In this document: positions 17,516 to 27,785 of the stretch, one piece after another
Numbering within the stretch: the first letter of the stretch is position 1
How the letters are laid out: the number at the start of each line of letters is the position of its first letter
Assembly (NCBI GenBank): GCA_004764695.1
Contig: SMSO01000004.1
Coordinates: 434,001 to 498,000, forward strand
DNA length: 64,000 nucleotides
Direction of reading: 5' to 3'
Origin: Schizochytrium sp. TIO01
Lineage: Eukaryota > Protista > Bigyra: Labyrinthulomycetes
Translations under genes and position numbers: made by a program
Notes under the pieces: generated by a model
Seen by the model: only the letters and a program-made list of their open reading frames with translations
What the model was told of the DNA's origin: nothing
The model's database searches: none

Positions 17516-20500
17516 ATGTACCACTTCAAAAAGCACCTCTCTCTGGTGAAGACTGCGTCAGGCCGCGTCCTGCGCAGCGCCAAGCGTCAGAATGAGGGAG
17601 ACCAGCGTCGGCAGGCTAGCTCCGAGGCAGACGTTGAGGCCTTCTATGCTGCCATGAGAGAGGCCGCGACGGACCCTTCTTCATCTGCTGGACTCCCGAC
17701 CCCCCCGCTCGTACGAACTGCCTTTGAAGACAGCGATGACAATTGTAGTAGTGATGGCGACCTCCGCGACGAGCTTGAGAAAGTTACGAAAGAGGCAGCA
17801 AAAGCTAAAAAGGAGCGCAAGAAGCTAAAGGCACAGAGCCCCACGAAAAAATCCAAGACGCCTAAAAACAAGAGCAACAACAACAGCGAAGAAGAAGAAG
17901 ACCGCTCAAACGTAAACCAAGATGGTTCGAACAGCGACAGTGCGGACGCTGATCTGAGCCAAGAGCAACTGGAGAAAGACCACCCATACGTTGTGGCCTT
18001 AGAAGAGCGTATTGAATGGCTCGAATCAGAGCGTGTGCGCTTGTTGCGACTCACAAGAAATAAAGCCTCGCGACGCCTTAGCTTGCAGCAGAGGCAACAA
18101 GAGGAGGATGAGCGTATGTTGCAAGAACAGCTAAACACTCACCACGACGACCAGGAGGAAGCCGATGCAACTGGAAGTGCTCGTAAGCGCAGTGTGCGTA
18201 AACCAAAGCGTGGCGTCAAGCACGAGGTAAAGACCACCCCGAAGAAGGCTGTCTCAGACATGCAAGCAACAACACAGTCCTTTAAGCAGCGTGCTCGTGC
18301 ACGCCGTAGCATGGATGGGAAAGGGGTCTGGGAGCGTGCCGAGAAGCACTTCAATGTTACACTGAAGCTCACTCCAAATGATCTGCCGCTGTGTACATTT
18401 TGCGATGCTCTGGGTATTCGCCTAGAGAATGATGAGGACCTTGGCAACCGTCTTGTCATCACGGAATTCATCAGTGACAAGAATGGAAACCCAAAAGCTC
18501 TCGAAGCTTGTGGACACGTCGGTGTTGACGATATCTTGACTGGCATCAAGGGCATGCGGGTGTATTCTGAGGCAGACATCGAAGCTGCGTTGGCGAAACT
18601 CCCCAAGGATGAGCCTCTCATCATTGACTTTTGCCGCAAATTGTCCAAACAACTCGCAAGTGGAGACCCTGAGAGTCTCGAACAGGCGAATGAGCGTATT
18701 GCCTTCTTGGAGAAGGAGCTCAAATTTGCCCGTGCGGAGTACGCCCGTCTTGATATTGGCGCCCTGGAAAGCCTTGAGGACATACTTCGTGATACCCGTT
18801 CGCAGAACACGAAGCTTCAGCAGGATCTTTCCAAGCTTAAGGTTGTAGAGCAGGAGTGGCTTGCCGACCAAGGTTTACGCAACCGCTACGAACTCAAAGC
18901 TCGCGAGTGCAGACGACTTCTTAACACCTTGATTGATCTCAAGGGTGCGATTCGCATCTTTGTTCGTGTGCGCCCCCCCAAGATCGATGACCTTGCAGAG
19001 GTTGATGCTAACAAGACTGTGCTCCAGTTCCCCGAGAACCGTCTTCTTCAACTCTCTGATATGGACTCCGTTGACGTGCCTGAGAAGTCCTGGGAGTTTG
19101 ATGCAGTCTTCAACCCGAAATCCACGCAGACGGAGGTCTTCGCCGAGGTTGAGCCTCTGGTGTACAGTGTTGTTGACGGCTACAACGCATGCGTTTTTGC
19201 TTACGGTCAAACTGGCTCTGGTAAGACCTATACTATGGATGGTCCCGAAAATGATCGTGGTGTTTGGTACCGTTCCACTTCAGCTTTGTTTGACATTCTT
19301 GCGCAGCGCCAGGCTGAGACCCCGGAGTACGAGCGGGTTACTTTCTCTGTTAAAGCATCTGTTTTGGAGATTTACCAAGAACGTGTCCGTGATCTGTTGG
19401 CTATCACAGCTATGCAAGGGGGGGTCCTTCTTCCAGACGATGACACAGAAAGCAAGGATGGCGAAAGTACCGACGGCACGGACAACGCGCAGTCTACAAG
19501 ACGTTTACGAAAGGCCAAACCTTTCTCTCTTGAGATCAAGCACCACCCGAAGACCGGCTACGTCTATGTTCAGGATGCTGTCGAGCAGACAGTGACTTGT
19601 GCTGAAGATCTCCACAGGATCATTGAGCTCGGAAAGAAGCAGCGTCAAGTGGGTGTAACTAACATGAATGAGCACTCTTCTCGCTCCCACATGGTGTTGC
19701 TCATCCAGGTCTCAACCAAACTCTATGATGCCAACGCTGGCCCAAATGCCGCACCCAAGTATGAAGCTCATTCAAAGCTCCAGCTCATTGATTTGGCGGG
19801 TAGCGAGAAAGCTTCCAACGTCGAAGGTGAGCGTCTTCGGGAAACTTGCTACATTAACAAGTCTCTTTCTGCCCTCGGAGACGTTATGCACGCCTTGCAG
19901 AGCAATGACTCTCGTCACATTCCATTTCGCAACTCCAAGCTTACGTCGTTGCTTCGTGACTCGCTTGGCGGCAAGGCGAAGACTTTAATGATTGTTCAGG
20001 TCAGTCCACAGAAGCGCAACATGCTTGAGTCTATTCGATCATTAGACTTTGGCCAGCGTGTTGGAAAGATTTGTCTTCAAGACAATGCAAAGGGCCCTGC
20101 CAAGCGCGGTGATAAGGCTGACCAAATTTCACGTCTAAAGCGCGAGAACGCGGACCTGAGTTCGGAATCTGACAAGCTTAAGAACCGCGTTCTTGATCTC
20201 AAGCAAAAGCTTGACCAAGAGCGTCAAGCCAAACACTCTGTGGAAGCTTCGTGTAAGAATTTTCAAAGCATGGCGACCACTGAGAAGCAGCGTATTGCTG
20301 ATCTTGAGTCAGAGGTACATATTCTCAGCAAACAGCTCAAGGAAGCTGCTCGGAAGCAGGATGAGAACTGGAACATCAATTCTGGAACTACGGAAGAGTC
20401 AAAGCAGGGATCTCCGCAAACTCTTCGTGAACGTCATGTTGATTTGCGTAAGAAGTACAAGGAGGCTATGCAGCGCATCGAAATGTTGGAAAAGGCACAA

Positions 20501-20722
20501 CCTAGCGCTACAAAAAACCGTACTCAATCTGCGCGAGTACCCAGCACCTTGCCTAAATCTCGTCCGCTTTCCTCCGCAACCCCCACACCTCGCAAAACTC
20601 TTGTTAACAACAACAGCAGTACACCGCTCTCTGCGCGCACCTTGACCCCGTCCACAATCGATCGTACACCTCAGCGTGGTCGGCGAATTCCTGTGTCCTC
20701 CCAGCAAGAGGAAACCGTCTGA
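17516..20722 (+). CDS. Kinesin-14 family motor with an N-terminal PDZ-like domain and coiled coils
   Basis: Kinesin-14 neck RRLLNTLIDLKGAIRIFVRVRP; P-loop AYGQTGSGKT; NEHSSRSH, DLAGSE and HIPFRNSKLT. PDZ-like segment LGIRL...LVITEF...VGVDDILTGIKG. Confidence 0.93.
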   Translation: MYHFKKHLSLVKTASGRVLRSAKRQNEGDQRRQASSEADVEAFYAAMREAATDPSSSAGLPTPPLVRTAFEDSDDNCSSDGDLRDELEKVTKEAAKAKKERKKLKAQSPTKKSKTPKNKSNNNSEEEEDRSNVNQDGSNSDSADADLSQEQLEKDHPYVVALEERIEWLESERVRLLRLTRNKASRRLSLQQRQQEEDERMLQEQLNTHHDDQEEADATGSARKRSVRKPKRGVKHEVKTTPKKAVSDMQATTQSFKQRARARRSMDGKGVWERAEKHFNVTLKLTPNDLPLCTFCDALGIRLENDEDLGNRLVITEFISDKNGNPKALEACGHVGVDDILTGIKGMRVYSEADIEAALAKLPKDEPLIIDFCRKLSKQLASGDPESLEQANERIAFLEKELKFARAEYARLDIGALESLEDILRDTRSQNTKLQQDLSKLKVVEQEWLADQGLRNRYELKARECRRLLNTLIDLKGAIRIFVRVRPPKIDDLAEVDANKTVLQFPENRLLQLSDMDSVDVPEKSWEFDAVFNPKSTQTEVFAEVEPLVYSVVDGYNACVFAYGQTGSGKTYTMDGPENDRGVWYRSTSALFDILAQRQAETPEYERVTFSVKASVLEIYQERVRDLLAITAMQGGVLLPDDDTESKDGESTDGTDNAQSTRRLRKAKPFSLEIKHHPKTGYVYVQDAVEQTVTCAEDLHRIIELGKKQRQVGVTNMNEHSSRSHMVLLIQVSTKLYDANAGPNAAPKYEAHSKLQLIDLAGSEKASNVEGERLRETCYINKSLSALGDVMHALQSNDSRHIPFRNSKLTSLLRDSLGGKAKTLMIVQVSPQKRNMLESIRSLDFGQRVGKICLQDNAKGPAKRGDKADQISRLKRENADLSSESDKLKNRVLDLKQKLDQERQAKHSVEASCKNFQSMATTEKQRIADLESEVHILSKQLKEAARKQDENWNINSGTTEESKQGSPQTLRERHVDLRKKYKEAMQRIEMLEKAQPSATKNRTQSARVPSTLPKSRPLSSATPTPRKTLVNNNSSTPLSARTLTPSTIDRTPQRGRRIPVSSQQEETV

Positions 20723-21641
20723 ATGATTAGGTGACCAACAGGAGCGTGCATGAGCTTTGTTCATTTTCCAAGTTGATCACCGTCTTCCATCATTTTTATT
20801 TGTTTGCTTGTTTGCCGAGATGGTTTTTACAAACAAACTATCATGTCAAATCAAGATTTTGCACATAATCGCTCGCAATGTAAAGCACATTTCTAAACTG
20901 AATTCACTCACAATCTGTGTAAACAATATCATAATCGGCAATAAAACTTCAATCCTCTGATACAAATGCATTTTCGTCTTATTTTAATTTTTAAAAAAAT
21001 CTTTTAAAATCATCATTATCACTTATTCATAAAATAAAGAACTAAGCATCGCAAGAACATACATCTATCTACGTACGGGATCTCTTCTGCTGCTTGTTTA
21101 CTTATCCGTCTGTTGAGCTTGCCTATTCTTGTTTTAAAAGGCAACTTCTTTCACCAGGATTAGGAAAAATCTGATAAAATCATTCTTATCAGATACACTG
21201 ACATATGTATTTCTTTTTGGCAGTCAAAACAATCCATGCGTTAAGCCACGGAAATCTCAGTTCCTCTTCTATCACTGGCATGTATATATATATATGACGA
21301 TATGCTAAGCATTGAATATTGTGGACAAGCATCTCGGGATGGCACCATTTTGATGAGCACATGTAGTAGTTCCTCGCTCGAAATCGTGTCTGCCAAATGA
21401 ATGAAAGATGAGTGTTCACTATGCGCAAACTGCCCTGGAGCTTTTATTAGCAAGGTTGTGTGTTATGCAATGGTCAAGAAAATGTGTGAACTTCAGATGA
21501 ATGAACTTTTGGGCTATTTACTGTAATTATGCCTTTTAAGGGGCGAAGAAGAAAAGAATAGAGGACCATTAGGGATAGGACGAAGAATATTAATGTCCTC
21601 CTCTCATCTATCCTCTGTGCATGTATTCGAGTATATGAAGG

Positions 21642-21648
<7 letters not shown>

Positions 21649-21674
<26 letters not shown>
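21649..21674 (+). repeat. (TA)n microsatellite
   Basis: Read directly. Confidence 0.9.
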
Positions 21675-21675
<1 letters not shown>

Positions 21676-22191
21676 GCGCATGTGTGCTGCATCCCATGCA
21701 AGTCCTGTCGTACACTATCCGCTAAAGAAAAGAAGGATACCTTCACTTGCTAATTTGTTTGTAGACAAAAGCGCAAACAAAGTGACACCAGAGGCAGAAG
21801 CATCTCTCGTGAAAAACTTGATTCTGATTCAGCGAACGACGCCATGTGCACTTAAAGCAATTTTTTAGTTGTACAGGGTGACGCGAGGATTCAAAGTACG
21901 AGTGAGCTGCTCTCGTCACAAGTTCATGCTTCATCGTTGCAGCTTTGCAGCAGAACAGGATTACGTATGAACGACGTGAAAAATAACAGAAGTGTTGGAG
22001 CTAGAACCCGCTGGCGGGCAAATGGGGGAACAGCGATATGAAAAAGCAGTGCGTGGGGACGAGAGAGATTAGTGATAAAAACGATAGAGGGAGGGAGAGA
22101 GGAAAAAAGAGAAAGTAAACAAACAACAATCGTGACAATGGCCACAACAACAACAAAATCAACAACAAAACGGTGAGAACCAAAGTAGAAT

Positions 22192-23913
22192 TTAGGTCTC
22201 GCCTTGTCGCAGTAGTTTGACAATGTCATTGCGCCGGATAGGCTTCGGTAAATAGAGGTCAAATCCTTCGGGAAGCGCAGACTCTTTAGTTGCAGAGAGA
22301 CCACAGATGAATTGGCGACCTCCCGGGCGGTTGGCGGATTCCCAGCGGCGGAACTGGCGAATACAAACATCACCGTTCATGCGCGGCATAAGTTTATCAC
22401 AAAGAACTACGGTGTAAGGACGTTGTTTTAGAGCCTCGAGGCCCTCTACACCATCCTTGGCCACAAAGACCTCGTAAGAGAGGTTCTCCAACTGCTTTGT
22501 GAGCAGTTTCTGCTGCACCTCCTCATCTTCAATAATAAGCACCCGCTTAAGTTCGATGTTGGGTGCGGAAGTCTCCTCGCGACTCTTGTTGAAGAGAGGC
22601 AGTACGTCGGTGGTGGGCAAGCGGCCACGGCGGCGGCGCTGTAGAGTGTTACGCAAGTACTGAGGACCAGCGCGGGATGTCGCCTTGCACTCGGTGACCT
22701 TATACGGAATCTCAAACCAGAAGATTGAGCCGCGTCCGGTCTCCTCATTTGGCTTGTATCCGCATTGGCCACCGAGGGCGTGGACCTTGGCTGCCACCAT
22801 GTAGAGACCGAAACCATGGTAGTCTGAGCGCTTTACATCTACCGTGTAGAGCAGGTCTCTGAACTCAGGTTTTACGCCCTTGCCAGAGTCGCGAACCTCG
22901 AAGAGAAGAACATCGTTGCTCTGAGCACCTTCGAGGCCAGAAAGGCGCTTCAGGGATAAATGCACATGTACCTCATCTCCAGGCCCAGAAAAGCGACGGG
23001 CGTTTCCGATGAGCTTGAGAGCTGCCGAAATGAACCAGCGAGGATCAGTAACGCAGGTAGAGAGGTTATCAGCAACATGAAACTCAGGAACGAGGCCGCC
23101 TCCAAGGTTATCCTGCTGCGAAACGACGTTAACATCACCATAGGCAGAGTGGTAGCGAAGAGCGAATTGAACACGCTCGAGAGTGGAGTAGATGTTGGTT
23201 GGTTGCATAATAGGCTTGAAGAGGGTCTCGTTAGTGCAGGCCAATCCATCGTACATGTCGGTGACAATCACGTGAAGACTGTCCATAGCACTAAGAGCAA
23301 GCTCTGTCATGGTTCCGAATTCGGCGAGACGCGATTCCCAGGTCATGAGGAGTTCACGCTGGGTAGTTGAGAGCGAGGTGGCCGGGGACAGCGGTTCAAG
23401 CTTCATGGTTTCGTCTAACTCAAGGTCCGAGTCGGACGCTTTACTTTCTTCAATGCCGAGAGTCCAGTCCTGCACGAGTCCAGACATGGCCTCGATTGAG
23501 AGAATGACACCCTGCACAGGGTTGTTGAGTAGATGCTCCACATGTTTCAGGTGGCGCTCCCGGAACGCAGCAAACAGTCTGTCGCGGTCCAACTCCGCTT
23601 CGACTTCCTCTCGCATGCTGCGCTCCTCAAGAATGCTATTTTCCAACTGCGCAATGATCTCCTGTAGCTCGTTCACCTTCTCGTCATACTCCTTGCGTTG
23701 TACCAATTTCGTGTCTTTCGTCATATTTCCATTCAATGCTGTGTTAAGCAGAAGCACCGCTACGCAGGACACTACGACGCGGGTTTCCAGTAGCGGCCCC
23801 GCGGCATCTTCTCCGCCAAGGATCGCCCAAGCGAGCACTACACCTAGCACTAGCGTCCCAAACGCCGGTGCCAGCGCCTGCACGCTGTGCTGGTACGCTT
23901 TCCGCCACGCCAT
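22192..23913 (-). CDS. Hybrid sensor histidine kinase / response regulator with two N-terminal TM helices
   Basis: ATG at 23913. H-box-like HVEHLLNNPV, N-box LIGNARRFS, G1 EVRDSGKGV, G2 GFGLYMV. Receiver domain IIEDE...CDKLMPRMNG...LPKPI. Confidence 0.9.
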   Translation of the reverse strand: MAWRKAYQHSVQALAPAFGTLVLGVVLAWAILGGEDAAGPLLETRVVVSCVAVLLLNTALNGNMTKDTKLVQRKEYDEKVNELQEIIAQLENSILEERSMREEVEAELDRDRLFAAFRERHLKHVEHLLNNPVQGVILSIEAMSGLVQDWTLGIEESKASDSDLELDETMKLEPLSPATSLSTTQRELLMTWESRLAEFGTMTELALSAMDSLHVIVTDMYDGLACTNETLFKPIMQPTNIYSTLERVQFALRYHSAYGDVNVVSQQDNLGGGLVPEFHVADNLSTCVTDPRWFISAALKLIGNARRFSGPGDEVHVHLSLKRLSGLEGAQSNDVLLFEVRDSGKGVKPEFRDLLYTVDVKRSDYHGFGLYMVAAKVHALGGQCGYKPNEETGRGSIFWFEIPYKVTECKATSRAGPQYLRNTLQRRRRGRLPTTDVLPLFNKSREETSAPNIELKRVLIIEDEEVQQKLLTKQLENLSYEVFVAKDGVEGLEALKQRPYTVVLCDKLMPRMNGDVCIRQFRRWESANRPGGRQFICGLSATKESALPEGFDLYLPKPIRRNDIVKLLRQGET

Positions 23914-26355
23914 TGTGACCACGCAACTCTTGCTCGCCTCGCCCGCCTTGCGCTTGCGGCTTTGCTTTGCTTTGCTTTGCTTCTGCAGTTGCCTTGCCTC
24001 AGCGATTCTATTGAACGATTAAAATAATAATAATAATAATTCTAAGTTGAAAAAGAAACCTTTGAAGGAAGTGAAAAGAAAAGAAGGAGTAAAAGGAACT
24101 TAATTTGTTTTTTAAAAGTCCTTCTCTATTCCGAAATCATTTGTTTTCCAGAAAGCTCTTCCCGGTTTTTCATCTTTTGCGTCTTGGTCTCTCGTGAAAA
24201 TCAAAGTCAGCGCACAGTCTATGGTAGGGGGAGAAAATACGGGGTTTGAAGCGAGAACTTTCGAAAGTCGGAAACCAGATTTACTACGACTATTGTTTTT
24301 TACAATGATAACCCCCCCCAAACAAAAAAAACACTTTTTTTTTTTTCTTCTTGATTAAACAAACGAGTCGACCGAATACTAAACATAATTATTGTCATTA
24401 AATTAAAGCTTGATTGCCCTTGCTACCAAGAAACCAGCCCAGATTAGAATGACCCGCTTAACCAAGGTAGGGCGATGGCCTCTCGCTGTACTTCCACAAC
24501 CACGTGCTTTCTCTTTTCGTGGTTGGCTTAAACCTAATATATGATTCCTATGCCAAACCGGAACTCTGCTGCTAAATAAAGAAATAAAATGAAAATAAAA
24601 GTTAAGCAGCGTGTCTTTTTTTCATGTTTTGAAGTAAAAATGTACTTCAGTATAACTGTGTTTCATTTTGTACCCCGAAGACTATTTCTTTCATGCCCTT
24701 TTCTCTCCTTGTCAAAGGTGTCGTCGGAGATATGAAGATGAGACTGCCACGGATTTAGAGCAAGGTTCCGAATTGTTATCTCCAGCACAGAACGTTGCTT
24801 CTCCTTACGACAGCACAACTCCTGAAAACACTTATTTAAATTTCAATTTAAAATAGATTTATAAATAAGAAGTTTTTAAAATATTTAAAAGTAATCTAAA
24901 GAGACAGGCAGACAGGCAATCAAATAGAGCGATCACTATAGAGCTCACGATAGGTCCTCCACTAAACCTCCTCTTTGCTTGTTTTCTGATTTTCTGATCC
25001 ATGAGTTGGGGAACAACAAAGGAACTGAGCAAGCTGAGATCGCCTTAAACATGTAGTTACGTCATGAGGTTTCATCTCCTCTCAACATTTCCACACGAGT
25101 TGTTTGCCCAAACCTTCTTTTCTGTTCTACGACAAAACTGGAGACAAAAAACCAAAACAAAACCTGGTATAGGTCCTCTCCTTCTCCATCATCATTATCG
25201 TCATCACCGGGAGGTTGATTCGACACCAACAGGACTTAATTCGATGCACCCATCTGATTTGATACACGAGGCGCAGGAGCAATAGCCATGCTACCTGCAA
25301 GAGATCAGTCAGTTGGAAGCGATTCTCCCTTAACCCATTCTCTTCAACCTCGAACCTAGGCCGGCGCAAGTGGGTTTTTAATGAGCACCACGTCAACCTC
25401 ACAAACCGATGCCATGACTTCTTATCACTGTCGGTGCGCACGCTCCTGCACAAGCTATGTATGCATTCAAGCATTCATCCATGCATCCACGCATGCATGC
25501 ATCCATGTATTTCTGACTGTATCTGCGCTCGCCACTTCTGCCTGAAACTGACTCCGCGCCGCTGGGCAGCACAGCAGCAAAGCACGGCACAGACGTGCTG
25601 CTCCCTAAGCCCTCGGTTTACGTCTACCGATCAACTACCCCGACTTGACTCTCTGCAATTGAGTTGACCTAATCCACTTGCCTCGCAGACACGAAATGCC
25701 GGCGCACTGACTTCAACCCTGGCTCCTCTTTCCAAAGAGCACGCCATTGCGAGCGAGCTTCTTTCCAGCTCGCACAAGGATGATGATCAGTTGTCGCCAG
25801 GCACTCTTGAAGAAGGCGAGCACGCTGTATGCTATGCCGTGCTATGCTATGCTGGACTATGAATGCTCTGATGATCGACCATTTGTCAGCTCAAAGGGTG
25901 GTGGCGAAACGGCTTTGAGCTCAGTTGAAGGAGGCGCGCAGCGACTAATCCTGATCGCATCGCGATGGCAGCTTTTCGCAAAGGCACAGCAAACGGAAAC
26001 AGAGCATTTTTGTCGTTATAGGAAGAGAATTCGAAGGAAAACCAAATTTACCAAACAGCGACTTTATTATTATTATTATTATTATTATTATTTTGTTATT
26101 TATTACTACTTCTTTATTTAAGAAAAAAAAAATAATTAAAATTGAACTTAAAATTGATTGATTGATTGATTGATCGAAACGTATTTCTTCTTATCTCGGT
26201 CAATTTGCTAGTGTCGTTTCTAAAGAAATGGCACGCTCTTCACTTTTTAAACTTAAAAAAACCAAATCAAACTTAAAGAAATACCTTTTAAAAATAAAAT
26301 AAATATAGAAAACTTGACATGAAGCAGTCCCTCTGCTACTGAGTACATCAGAGGC

Positions 26356-26356
<1 letters not shown>

Positions 26357-26393
<37 letters not shown>

Positions 26394-26398
26394 CGATT
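26357..26398 (+). repeat. (GATT)n microsatellite
   Basis: Read directly. Confidence 0.9.
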
Positions 26399-27681
26399 GG
26401 GGTGGTCTTTGCAGAAAGAAGAAGAGATAGAGGAGGTGTCTTTCATTCTAAACCTAGACAGGGAATGTCGTTCGCAGCAGCTGCTTCGAGGTGAGCTGGA
26501 TATTTATTTCAACAGATCGAGCGATGAGTACGTGGCGAGCGCTTCTCAAATGCAACTTCCCGGCTCAGCTCATCAGACTCTCCACTCAGCCAGAGGGAAG
26601 TAAGTGTCTCAAGCAAGCAGACGGAGGTGCTCCCACACACCAAACCAAAAGTAAAAGACCACGCAGGCTACAGCAGTTCGCGCTCTTGCTCTTCGACCCG
26701 ATCTTCACCGGTCGCCTGGCCAGCTTCTAGCTTTCCACAAACCCCGCACCGATTGGCAGTCTGTCTAGGCTCCACCCACCCAAGTCAAGCCGACTTTCCT
26801 GACTGCCTTCCTTCCAGGGCGCCGCTCTGGGCCTGGTTTACAGGAGGACCTCGAGAGCAGCAGAGCGGAGTCCTCTTCGCGCCACAGGCTGATTGGTTTG
26901 CTTCTGCAAAGTCGAATGCGTGCTGCCAACAACTTGAACTTGAGCTTGAACTTGAGCTTGAACTTGAGGCAAGATTGCAAAAAGCAGCAGATTTTGCTGC
27001 TTGAGGTGAGACACATTTGTGTCTCTCGGCGCTGCTACTGAACGGCCTTTGAGAGGCACGTACATATGAGTGACGTGAGCAAGCGAGAGCACAAGGCCAA
27101 GGTCACCGAGGGTCTAGCGAAGAGGAGGCGAGGTCTCCGTAGTCAATCCTCTGGCCTCCTCGTTTCCGTCTCCGCCATTTCCCCAAAGCTCCGAAGAAAC
27201 AGAGCTCAAGCGAAGCAAAGCGAAGCAAAGCGAAGCAAAGCGAAGCTCCGAAGAAGGTTGTATTATATACATAATCTCCAATCTCTGAGTACGCATATTG
27301 CATTTTCATTTCTTCATTTTCTTTTTTTCTTTCTTTCTTTGTTTCTTTTAGCTTAAAATAATAAATTTAAAAAAATCCATTAAACAAGTTGAACAAAGTC
27401 CGCAAAAGAAACGTTAGGCAGCCTTGAAGAGGTTCCGAGGCACAGCATCAGCAGAGGCCAGCCAGCCAGCCGCCAGAGCAGAAGAATGCCGCAGGGCACG
27501 CTAGGCAGCCAAACCAGCCTGGCAGACAAATAGACAAACAGACACTCAGTCAGAGGCTCGAAGCGCGGTCTTTCGTTCTTTCCCAACTCATGTTGCTTCG
27601 TGGAAGTCGGCGGTAAATCGAGTGAATGAAAGACCCGCCTAACCGCGGGTGCGTGAAAGACCCGCCCGTGAATGAAAGACC

Positions 27682-27685
27682 TCTC

Positions 27686-27733
<48 letters not shown>

Positions 27734-27785
27734 ACTAACTTACTTTACTTTGTTACTTACTTTACTTTGTTACTTACTTTCTTTC
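27682..27785 (+). repeat. (CTTT)n followed by (TACT/TTAC)n compound microsatellite
   Basis: Read directly. Confidence 0.9.

Noticed and set aside
27625-27636. AATGAAAGACCC resembling a gammaretroviral LTR start
   Set aside because: Only ~12 bp, with no partner end or retroviral genes; chance similarity.
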